A stretch of 32,000 nucleotides of DNA from Candidatus Saccharimonadota bacterium (GTDB lineage: Bacteria; Patescibacteriota; Saccharimonadia; Saccharimonadales; SZUA-47). Each line of letters opens with the position of its first letter. Within the stretch, counting starts at the first letter, position 1. The translations under genes and the position numbers were made by a program. The notes under the pieces were generated by a model that saw only the letters and a program-made list of their open reading frames with translations, was not told the DNA's origin and did no database searches. This document shows, piece by piece, positions 7,587-16,200 of this stretch. The stretch spans positions 12,750-44,749 of the forward strand of contig JAGONL010000001.1 in assembly GCA_017993025.1 (NCBI GenBank). Direction: 5' to 3'.

Positions 7587-8564
7587 TTACTCGTGAGAAG
7601 TGGGTCTCTCAGCTGGTATTTTTATTGATTCTGGAGATAGCCCCTTAATGATTCTTAATAGTCTTGTATGTAGCCCTCCATCCTCGAAAGGTAAATAATC
7701 AGTATGAGTGATCTCAAATGTTGGACTTTCGTAGTGATATCCGTCTTGTTCTCCTGAGTTGCTCATATGTCTGTGTCCTTTACCGCATATTTGTCCATCA
7801 CCGAATATCAATGGATTAGTGTATGAACCTTTGATAACTGACACTCTATTATGATTTCTAACTTGTCGATTGAGACTCATTGTACCTTTAGGTACTTCAA
7901 GCACTGCCTTAGTTACGGCCCATTGACCAAGAAAGTAAGCTTCTCTATTAATAATTACGTTGTCATCGACTTCTCTAAGCATACCGTCAGCACACAAATA
8001 CACTTTCTTTATTTTTGTACTATCAAAAGAGCTGTATGATCCACTCTCTCCTTTTTGTTCTCTATATTGAACTGTACCAAGTTCAGCATCTTCTAGTCTA
8101 CTACCACCTAGCTCGACAGAAGCACCTGCTAATCTTACTCCAAGTAAGTACCCCAGCGTGACTGGCAGTGATCTGGTTTCATCAACTGTTATAGTTCTTG
8201 TCCTGCCGAACCTTTTTCGTTCAACATCTTGAAGTCTTTTTTCTTCGCTTGATAATGCAACTGCACCAGGCAATCCGGCTGAGTGCATAACTGGGAGAAA
8301 ATTCGCGAGTATTTTTAACTCTGTTTCCGAGAAAATTTCTGCGGGGTTAGTTCCTGGGAATAAGTGATAATCATTAAGCCACTTTCGGTAATCTCCGATT
8401 TTGGCTGCAGTAATAATTTTTAAATTCTGTTCCGCGATAGCTGCCTCGTTGGCATGCTGTACTTCTGCTAACTGCCTATCTGCCTCGACTTGTTGGGGAT
8501 CAACTGGCGGGGGTAGCGGGTTGGGTGTGGCTTGAACTCGTAACGCTTCAAAATAATCTACCAT
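7587..8564 (-). CDS. Hypothetical protein, paralog family Q (325 aa)
   Basis: Paralog of 6279-7229 with the same upstream promoter and SD block. Confidence 0.7.
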   Translation of the reverse strand: MVDYFEALRVQATPNPLPPPVDPQQVEADRQLAEVQHANEAAIAEQNLKIITAAKIGDYRKWLNDYHLFPGTNPAEIFSETELKILANFLPVMHSAGLPGAVALSSEEKRLQDVERKRFGRTRTITVDETRSLPVTLGYLLGVRLAGASVELGGSRLEDAELGTVQYREQKGESGSYSSFDSTKIKKVYLCADGMLREVDDNVIINREAYFLGQWAVTKAVLEVPKGTMSLNRQVRNHNRVSVIKGSYTNPLIFGDGQICGKGHRHMSNSGEQDGYHYESPTFEITHTDYLPFEDGGLHTRLLRIIKGLSPESIKIPAERPTSHE

Positions 8565-8599
8565 TCAAAAAACCTCAACAATACTATTTAACTAAATTT

Positions 8600-8628
8600 A
8601 CAATAACGCAAATATCATAGAAAATCAA
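8600..8628 (-). promoter_or_regulatory. Promoter of Q-family gene 7587-8564
   Basis: TTGATT (8628-8623), 17-nt spacer, TATTGT (8605-8600). Duplicate of the 7265-7293 promoter. Confidence 0.55.
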
Positions 8629-8721
8629 TGTCTGTTTTCGTTCAGACTATAGCAACACAAAACGGTATAGAATCACTTTTTCTTCTCTAGTTTAGCTTGA
8701 TTATTAGTTTATAATTATAAT

Positions 8722-9231
8722 ATGAAATCGATAGTTCTAGGCGGTGGATGTTTTTGGTGCTTAGAAGCCGTATACCAACAGGTACGTGGTGTTGAAAAGA
8801 TAGTCTCAGGCTACGCCGGTGGCGATTTGCGCAATCCGACTTATGAAAATCATGGTACTCATGCAGAGGTAGTTCAAATATCTTATGATGAATCAGTAAT
8901 AAGCCTCGAAAAACTATTAGAAATCTTTTTCTACGTTCACGACCCAACAACAGTCAACCAGCAGGGTAATGACATAGGCACTCAGTACCGGTCAATTATT
9001 CTTTGTAACGACCACATAGAATCAGATTTAGCTCGCTCTATTATTAGAGGCTCACAAGGCTTGTGGCCAAATCCAATAGTCACAGAAGTGACTCTGCTTG
9101 AGAAATTCTACCCGGCAGAAGATTATCACCAAGATTTCTATAACCAAAATCAGAATAATGGCTACTGCCAAGTCATAATCAACCCAAAACTAGCCAAATT
9201 TAAAACAAAATTTGCAAAATATCTTCAATAG
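8722..9231 (+). CDS. msrA: Peptide-methionine (S)-S-oxide reductase MsrA
   Basis: GGGCFWC active-site motif at the N-terminus. Also SGYAGG, NPTYE, HAEVVQISYD, HDPTT.NQQGNDIGTQYRS and DYHQDFY. TATAAT (8710-8715) lies 6 nt before the ATG. Confidence 0.9.
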   Translation: MKSIVLGGGCFWCLEAVYQQVRGVEKIVSGYAGGDLRNPTYENHGTHAEVVQISYDESVISLEKLLEIFFYVHDPTTVNQQGNDIGTQYRSIILCNDHIESDLARSIIRGSQGLWPNPIVTEVTLLEKFYPAEDYHQDFYNQNQNNGYCQVIINPKLAKFKTKFAKYLQ

Positions 9232-9391
9232 GACTTTCGCGCTTTTCAATCGTTACAGATACAGAATTTTAGTGAGCTTTCGTATATACTTCTTTATTCG
9301 AGGGCTATCCAAAGATAACGTGAGGATAAAAAGTTAGACGAAAGACGCTAAAAGCTGTAGGTGTTTGGTTGATAAAGTGCGAAAGTCCTAT
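9228..9391. repeat. 164-nt nested imperfect inverted repeat / long hairpin in the msrA-guaC spacer
   Basis: The outer 13-bp perfect pair is ataggactttcgc (9228-9240) / gcgaaagtcctat (9379-9391). Nested pairs are gctttt..cgt (9241-9253) / acg..aaaagc (9345-9355) and ctttcgt (9277-9283) / acgaaag (9338-9344), plus the inner tatc-caaa-gata. The structure starts inside the msrA stop codon. Confidence 0.6.
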
Positions 9392-9468
9392 GAAGTAAAT
9401 ATGTGTTAAATGTCACACTATTTACTCCTGAGGCTCATGTTATACTCTGTCAGTAAAGAGGGTAACAA

Positions 9469-10548
9469 ATGCACATTGAGCAAGAGTTGAAACTAGATTT
9501 CAACGATGTATTACTGCGCCCAAAACGCAGTACGCTAAACAGCCGTAAAGAAGTTAAGCTAGAACGAGAATTCAAGTTTTATCATAGTTCTAAAACTTGG
9601 TCTGGCATACCACTACTGACTGCCAATATGGCAAGTTGTGGCACTTTTGAATTAGCCCAAGTATTATCAGAAAAACAAATAATCACCACTTTTCACAAAT
9701 ATTATACTATCGATGATTACAAAAAGTTTTTTAAGAAATTCAAAAACCCAGACTATGTTACCTATACCTTGGGCATCCGTGACGAAGATCTCGCCCAAAT
9801 CCAAGCAATGGCTAAATCAGACTTACTTAAACACTTCACCTTTATTTGTATTGATATACCTAACGGGTATTTACAAAGATTCAGTAATTTTGTGCGCAAA
9901 ATCCGTAAACTATGTCCAAACCACGTAATAATTGCTGGTAATGTCGTCTCAAAAGAAATGACCGAAGAATTAATCTTAGCCGGTGCAGATATAGTAAAAG
10001 TCGGCATTGGAAGTGGTTCTGCCTGCACTACCAGACGTATGACTGGCGTAGGTATGCCACAGCTAAGTGCCGTTATAGAATGTGCTGACGCTGCTCATGG
10101 CATGTCTAGTGATAATGGTGCTTGCGGACTTATTATTTCCGACGGCGGGGCAGTAGTACCCGGCGACGTAGCTAAGGCATTTTGCGGTGGAGCAGACTTC
10201 TTAATGAGCGGGCAGATGTTTAGCGGGTTCGAAGAATCGGCCGGAGAAACCGTAGAAATCGACGGTAAAAAATACAAAGAATACTACGGCAGTTCATCTA
10301 ACAAAGCCTTACAGGTAAACTATGGCAAAAAAGAAGCTCACCGAGCCAGCGAAGGTCGTCACGTACTCATGCCACATAAAGGTTCAATCCACGATTCTAT
10401 GCAAGATTTATTTGGTGCTCTTCGAAGTACGGGTACATACATTGGCGCCCGCAAATTAAAAGAATTCTCACGACGTGCTACATTTGTGCGCGTCAACAAC
10501 CAGCTCAACACGTCATTGTCATCCTACGATACGGAAAAAAGGTCTTAA
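9469..10548 (+). CDS. guaC: GMP reductase (GuaC; IMPDH/GMPR family without a CBS insert)
   Basis: Collinear with E. coli GuaC: LKL.F.DVL.RPKRSTL.SR..V.LER, GADIVKVGIG.GS.CTTR..TGVG.PQLSAVIECADAAHG, SDGG...PGDVAKAF.GGADF.M. AGAGGG precedes ATG 9469. Confidence 0.85.
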   Translation: MHIEQELKLDFNDVLLRPKRSTLNSRKEVKLEREFKFYHSSKTWSGIPLLTANMASCGTFELAQVLSEKQIITTFHKYYTIDDYKKFFKKFKNPDYVTYTLGIRDEDLAQIQAMAKSDLLKHFTFICIDIPNGYLQRFSNFVRKIRKLCPNHVIIAGNVVSKEMTEELILAGADIVKVGIGSGSACTTRRMTGVGMPQLSAVIECADAAHGMSSDNGACGLIISDGGAVVPGDVAKAFCGGADFLMSGQMFSGFEESAGETVEIDGKKYKEYYGSSSNKALQVNYGKKEAHRASEGRHVLMPHKGSIHDSMQDLFGALRSTGTYIGARKLKEFSRRATFVRVNNQLNTSLSSYDTEKRS

Positions 10549-10555
10549 ACATATT

Positions 10556-10600
10556 CATAAGCACTTTTATATTTTATAGCCGTTGATATACTAAATTATT
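10556..10600 (+). promoter_or_regulatory. Conserved promoter block of cassette gene A1 (extended -10 TGaTATACT, leaderless layout)
   Basis: TATACT at 10587-10592 is preceded by TGa, then 8 nt to ATG 10601. The block 10556-10609 is 53/54 identical to 11884-11937. Confidence 0.6.
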
Positions 10601-11281
10601 ATGGGAAGAAAAAATGCAAACGCCAAAAAAGGCGGTACCAAACAACAACAAAGTAAAACAAAAGGTTCGCCTCGCAGAAGACACAGCGAACATTACGAGT
10701 ACAATGTTTTGGGGGCAGGTCCAAAACCCAACGCTGAGTCCAGACGTGCACCACAGAATCAGCGCAGGAATCCACAAGCAACAAAATCAACTTGGCCTAG
10801 CATATTCCGAATACCACTTGATGAAGACGCGCGAGCAATTAACAGTTTTTTAAGAAGTACTGGTGGAAAATACAAAAGAAATCCTTATTGGGGCATAAGA
10901 TACACGCCAGTAATGCCTTCCGGCATTGAATTAATTTATAGCAAGTTTGACCGAGAAACTGCTGATACTCTAAAGGCAGAATACCTACGAGAGCACAGTC
11001 ATCAAATACCGTATGGTGTAAATTATCTATACCAACACGTTACTAAAACAGGTCAAATACAGTTGGGGGCTGACCCTACTGAGGAAACTAGACGATTGTT
11101 AGAATGGGATATTGAAGGCCTTTGGAATATTTTTGGAATTTCAGATCCCTACCCGCATAAAGGCCTAATAATCGGGAGATATCCAACGCTAGAATTATAC
11201 AATGACGCTAACACAAAGCTAACTAATACATTACTTCGTCAAGGCGGTGTTTTACTGACTTTTGGAGGAGTTCAGCTATAA
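10601..11281 (+). CDS. Cassette protein A1 (226 aa): basic disordered N-terminus plus a C-terminal GG-tail domain (...VLLTFGGVQL)
   Basis: Paralog of 11929-12615 (GIRY, IY.KFD, GQI...A.PT.ET, FGI.D, YNDA, RQGGVLLT.GGVQ). The N-terminus MGRKNANAKKGGTKQQQSKTKGSPRRRHSEH is Lys/Arg-rich. Confidence 0.75.
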   Translation: MGRKNANAKKGGTKQQQSKTKGSPRRRHSEHYEYNVLGAGPKPNAESRRAPQNQRRNPQATKSTWPSIFRIPLDEDARAINSFLRSTGGKYKRNPYWGIRYTPVMPSGIELIYSKFDRETADTLKAEYLREHSHQIPYGVNYLYQHVTKTGQIQLGADPTEETRRLLEWDIEGLWNIFGISDPYPHKGLIIGRYPTLELYNDANTKLTNTLLRQGGVLLTFGGVQL

Positions 11282-11302
11282 TATTAAACTTAAAAATTAA
11301 TA

Positions 11303-11331
11303 TTGTTCATATGTCTATAAGTTGATATAAT
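11303..11331 (+). promoter_or_regulatory. Promoter of cassette gene B1 (leaderless layout)
   Basis: TTGTTC (11303-11308), 17-nt spacer, TGaTATAAT (-10 at 11326-11331), then 8 nt to ATG 11340. Confidence 0.6.
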
Positions 11332-11339
11332 ATACTTTA

Positions 11340-11888
11340 ATGTCAAATTTACCTAGTCCTGAAGCCCTTAACTTCGACTCTGGACTTTATCGTCCGGCTG
11401 TCGCACACCACTACCTTGACGCCGGAATGGGCGAAGGATTAAGTAGTGGAGTTAATGAAAATGCCAGAATGCCCTTCATCTTAGACGGTAGTTTACGTGC
11501 AGCATTTAACAAGACTGTAGTCCCAGATAAATTAATAGATTCTCTCAATGATTTATGTAAAGATGCAAACAATATTTTTCCTTTCTATTGTGAATCTATA
11601 CGTCCAAAATTATCTAAAAATCGAAAATTTGTAATTCAAGCTTTGCCAAACGATGAGACCAAAGAACAAATAAGAATAACCTACGATATGGCTAACAAGG
11701 CAGCTGATGTTGCAAAAGTAGGCTTAAGAGCTCATCTACCAGGAAATATTGTGCTTGGATCGTTCGATGACCTAGATGATGCAGCAAAATTTGCTCAAAG
11801 AATTAGCGACAATTATTGCGGAGTTCGTAGCCTAGCACCTATAGTAACTTTAGGTGGACTTACCGCTAAATCCTTAATAATTCCATAA
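11340..11888 (+). CDS. Cassette protein B1 (182 aa) with a C-terminal GG-tail domain (...PIVTLGGLTAKSLIIP)
   Basis: Same position and MSN start as 12671-13246. It shares the strand-helix-strand-helix-strand(GG) C-terminal pattern with the other three cassette proteins. Confidence 0.7.
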   Translation: MSNLPSPEALNFDSGLYRPAVAHHYLDAGMGEGLSSGVNENARMPFILDGSLRAAFNKTVVPDKLIDSLNDLCKDANNIFPFYCESIRPKLSKNRKFVIQALPNDETKEQIRITYDMANKAADVAKVGLRAHLPGNIVLGSFDDLDDAAKFAQRISDNYCGVRSLAPIVTLGGLTAKSLIIP

Positions 11889-11928
11889 GCACTTTTAAAT
11901 TTTATAGCCGTTGATATACTAAATTATT
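11884..11928 (+). promoter_or_regulatory. Conserved promoter block of cassette gene A2
   Basis: TGaTATACT (-10 at 11915-11920), then 8 nt to ATG 11929. Near-identical copy of 10556-10600. Confidence 0.6.
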
Positions 11929-12615
11929 ATGGGAAGACATAACTTAAACATCGGAGGAGAAGAAGAACCGGAACGACCGCGACCGCGACTGCACAAAAAT
12001 CATCACGGTGATTTAAGAACAAGTCATAGAAAGCCTGCTCGATATCGTTTACTAACAAGTTTACTAAACCCAGATAATTCTGCTATCCAATCTGCAGATT
12101 CACATGGCTGCAACCCTGAACCTGTGCACACAAGTGCATACCGTGCACCAATCTCAAATAAACTAGTCACTATTGAAGACTTTTTGAAAGTCACGCAGGG
12201 AAGAGCGCCAAAAAGATTTCGCTCAGGTATTAGGTACCCTTCAATAGACACAGACTACATGAGGAAAATATATAATAAATTTGATTCAGATAAAGCGGAA
12301 GAATTACTTCAAAAATATATACAACAACACGCGGGAACCATAGATTATTCTGTCGTTGAATTGGGTGATTTTCAAGAAAATAAAGGACAAATATTAATGA
12401 GAGCCAAGCCTACTGATGAAACATTAAAAGCTCTAGAACTAGATAGTACAGATTTACTCAATACTTTTGGTATTGAAGATAATTTTACGTTCACAGGATT
12501 AAATATTGGCGCATTTTTGGGTATGAAAGCATACAATGATGCAGAACGTGAACTTTGCGAAATACTTGAAAGACAGGGTGGGGTGCTTCTAACACTTGGC
12601 GGCGTCCAAATATAA
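11929..12615 (+). CDS. Cassette protein A2 (228 aa): basic/Pro-His-rich N-terminus plus a C-terminal GG-tail domain (...VLLTLGGVQI)
   Basis: Paralog of 10601-11281; see that entry. Confidence 0.75.
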   Translation: MGRHNLNIGGEEEPERPRPRLHKNHHGDLRTSHRKPARYRLLTSLLNPDNSAIQSADSHGCNPEPVHTSAYRAPISNKLVTIEDFLKVTQGRAPKRFRSGIRYPSIDTDYMRKIYNKFDSDKAEELLQKYIQQHAGTIDYSVVELGDFQENKGQILMRAKPTDETLKALELDSTDLLNTFGIEDNFTFTGLNIGAFLGMKAYNDAERELCEILERQGGVLLTLGGVQI

Positions 12616-12633
12616 CAATTCTAAATATTAATA

Positions 12634-12662
12634 TTGCTTAATTGTCGATTTATAGTTATAGT
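12634..12662 (+). promoter_or_regulatory. Promoter of cassette gene B2 (leaderless layout)
   Basis: TTGCTT (12634-12639), 17-nt spacer, TATAGT (12657-12662), then 8 nt to ATG 12671. tatactttaatgtcaaattt is 20/20 identical to 11331-11350. Confidence 0.6.
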
Positions 12663-12670
12663 ATACTTTA

Positions 12671-13246
12671 ATGTCAAATTTTTTTACTTCTGACCAAATG
12701 CCAATTGAGCCAATTCACGGCGTAGAAACACCAGACTCAGGTTTTACCAGATATTCTATACACGCATTAATACGTCCGGCAATAGAAACAGCTTTTTTAG
12801 ACATGGCGCCTTCAGATTTTGATACTACCTCCACTTTTGGTGATTTACATATTGTTGCCGCTTTCAGAGGAACCGTGCTTCAGCTGCTGGATCGAGGACT
12901 TACTCTGGAAGACCTAGATCAAAAGTTAGATGATCTTGTTACTAAAACAGAAAACGATCGCATAAATTACTTCCCTAATGCTTTTGGTGTAAATGAAAAT
13001 AAAGGCGTGTTTACAGTACTAGCTAGTCCTGACCAGCTAACCAGAGCAAGAATTAAAGGTTCGACAAGAGGTGTGGATAGAATTATGGGCGGACAAGTAT
13101 CCCATAATGCTAAAAATTTCCCTTTAGCAAAGTTTCTCAGTAAGGAAGAAGCCGATACTTATTTTGTAAAAATTGCTAGACTTTATAACTTAGACATGAA
13201 GCCAGAAGGCATTCCGCTAGCAGTGTTCGGCGGAGTCCAACGCTAA
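12671..13246 (+). CDS. Cassette protein B2 (191 aa) with a C-terminal GG-tail domain (...PLAVFGGVQR)
   Basis: Positional paralog of 11340-11888. Its C-terminal FGGVQR matches the A-type tails. Confidence 0.7.
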   Translation: MSNFFTSDQMPIEPIHGVETPDSGFTRYSIHALIRPAIETAFLDMAPSDFDTTSTFGDLHIVAAFRGTVLQLLDRGLTLEDLDQKLDDLVTKTENDRINYFPNAFGVNENKGVFTVLASPDQLTRARIKGSTRGVDRIMGGQVSHNAKNFPLAKFLSKEEADTYFVKIARLYNLDMKPEGIPLAVFGGVQR

Positions 13247-13290
13247 ATCTACTCTTTAGTATTACCCCATAACCGAGGTACAATAGTTCT

Positions 13291-16200
13291 ATGATTGGTA
13301 GCGGAGTTACTATAAAGCTAAACCCAGCCCAGCAAACAGCTGTTGATGCAATTGACGGACCGGTGCTTGTTATTGCCGGACCAGGAACGGGCAAAACACA
13401 ATTGCTTAGCATGCGCGTTGTCAAAATCCTAGAAACCACAGACACTAGCCCGCAGAATATTTTGTGTCTGACTTTCACGAACAAGGCCGCAAACAACATG
13501 CGTGAACGGCTATTCGATTTAATCGGTCCAACCGCCTACAGCGTCGCTGTACATACTTTTCATAGTTTTGCGGCAGATATCATGAACAAAAACCCTGACC
13601 ATTTCTGGAACGGTGCTTCTTTAAGTGTCGTACCAGACGCGGTACAGCTAGAGATTATCCAAGATATTCTGGGTTCGTTGCCACTAGACAACCCCTTGGC
13701 GCGCAGATTTGCCGGCGAGTTAACTGGACTTAAAGCTACCAAAGAAGCCCTTAAACTCACCAAAGAAGCCGGCCTAACCCCAGAAAAGTTGCGAGCCATA
13801 ATTGAGCTAAACCTAGCATATATAGACATTGCCGAGCCAATTTTAGTAGAGCATTTAAGCGCTCCACTTTCTTTTAAAAAACTACAAACCCTAGCTGATT
13901 CACTAGAAGCCGATCTGCCAGAACAATCCATAGATGAACACATGGCACCGTTAATGTCACTGCGCACTGTTATTCTCAAAAGCCTAGACGACGCAATCAA
14001 TCAGGATGAACCAACCGGCAAATCAACTAATACTGGCAAATGGAAAAAACGCTTTATCCAAACCGTGGCCGGCCAAAAGCTCATGGATGATGAACGCAGG
14101 CGCAATAATTGGTGGCTGGCCCTTAGTGATGTCTACACAAAATACCGCGACTCTTTGCATGAACGGGGCTACTATGATTATGCCGACATGCTGGTCGAGG
14201 TAATCGTACAGTTAGAGAAAAACGACGAACTACGGGCTTCTGTGCAGGAGCAGTACAACTACGTACTGATTGACGAGTTTCAGGACACCAACTCTGCCCA
14301 GTTACGCCTAGCTCACCTAGTTGCCGATCATTATTCTAGTGCAGGCAAGCCAAACCTGATGGTCGTTGGTGACGACGACCAGTCAATCTACAAATTTAAC
14401 GGCGCAGAGCTCAATAATATGCTCGGATTTAGGTCGTTCTACGGCGTAGACAAGCCTATTGTACTGTCAGAGAATTATCGCTCATCGCAGGCCATTTTAG
14501 ACGTGGCAAAACTTGTTGCAGAGCAATCCACCGACCGTTTAGTCAACCGTGAAAAAGACATTACTAAAAACCTTGTTGCCACAAGAGACGCTACAAAAGG
14601 CAGTGTGATTGAGCATATTCACTACCCTTCAGAACAGCACCAGTTTAGCTCTATCGCCAGAAAGATTGACGACACGTTCAGTCCAGAAAAAACAGTTGCC
14701 GTACTAGCCCGCAATCATCAAAGTCTGCGTAATATGGCCTCACGACTCCAGGCTCTAAACGTTCCTGTGCGCTATGAACAGCAAAACGACGTGCTGGCAC
14801 ATCCGGCGGTAGAACAGGTGATAATACTTGCTCAGGCTATGGTTGCTATCGCAGAAGGCGACGAGCCAGAAGTAAACACACTGCTAGCGCATACTTTGCG
14901 TCATCCAATGTGGGGGATAGATGCAAAAATTTTATGGCAATTGGCAATAGACAATCGCTATAATGCCCACTGGCTAGATTCAATGCTAACTAGTGACGAC
15001 GAAAAGCTAAAATCCATAGCTGGTAGTATGATTGTTTTTGCCCAAACCGCCGTCAGCGAACCACTGCCACTAGTTTTAGAACAGTTACTAGGTCTCCGTG
15101 ACCATGAATCATTTCACAGCCCACTAAAAGATTATTATGTTCAAAACGCCCAGCTTTCCCAGCAGTATCTAGAAACACTTTCTGCTTTGCAACTCTTAAG
15201 GTCAATGGCTGATGAATTTTCACGTCATAGCACCGCTAAACTCACAGATTTTGTTAATTTTATAAAAGTTAACCAGGGCGGTGATTCACTAGTTAGCGAC
15301 CAGACTGTATTTTTGAGCGGGCAACACGCTGTAGAACTACTGACAGTACACAAAGCCAAAGGTCTAGAATTTGATACCGTTTATATTATCGATGCCGTCG
15401 AGAGCAACTGGAAACCAAGCACCAATGGCCGTAAACCGCCGGCCAATTTGCCACTGCAAGCATATGGCGACGACCAAGACGATTATGTCCGGTTGTTCTA
15501 CGTGGCAGTTACGCGCGCCAAGCAGTCGCTAATTGTTTCTAGCTATGCTACCGACACTTCCGGCAAAGATATTTTGCCCGCCGCCTTTGTACGGGCTAGT
15601 CTGCCAGAGCGTATAGCAAATGAAGAAATTGAAACACTGACAATCTTAGAAGAATCCAGCACCTGGCCACAGCTATCTAATGTGGACGAAAAACTGCTAC
15701 TAACACCACTGGTAGAGGACTTCAGGCTTCCGGTAACGGCAATGATAAATTTCCTAGACGTAGACGCTGGTGGACCACAATATTTCAAAGAGCGTAATCT
15801 ACTGCGCCTGCCAGAGGCAAAATCTATCAGTCAATCCTACGGTACGGCAATTCACTCAGCCCTAGAATATGCCATGATACTGACCAACCGTGGCAAATTT
15901 GACCTAGACGACATAACCACAAAGTTTGAAGACGCCCTAATCAAAGAACACGTCCCAGCGCACGAATTTGAGCGTTACCACACCCAGGGCCAACGCCTAC
16001 TTTGGACACTGTTTGAAACCAATAGATACGAACTACCTCAGGGTAGTCTATCAGAACAATCACTGAATTATATATTGCCAGGTGGCGCACAGCTGGGTGG
16101 TAAACTTGACCGCGTCGATACGCAAGATAAATCAAATCTAGTCATAGTCGACTACAAAACTGGCAATGGGCTTTCAAGCTTTTCAACCCAGAACAAAAAC

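Noticed and set aside
9232-9468. Purine/guanine riboswitch upstream of guaC.
   Set aside because: I could not find the UAUAAU...AUAUGG...UUUCUACC...CCGUAAA...GACUAUG core. The best promoter candidate also lies downstream of the structure.
10614-10853. 79-aa alternative-frame ORF overlapping the start of cassette gene A1. The minus-strand ORFs 10574-10790 were also considered.
   Set aside because: The paralogous gene A2 supports the MGR frame, with the same promoter and the same first codons. The alternatives have no paralog support.
13560-14000. 146-aa minus-strand ORF inside the helicase gene, and similar nested ORFs at 15543-15788, 15941-16135, 17130-17357, 18136-19071, 27722-28081 and 29018-29983.
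   Set aside because: All are fully embedded antisense or out of frame within long genes that carry clear family motifs. They are typical spurious ORFs.
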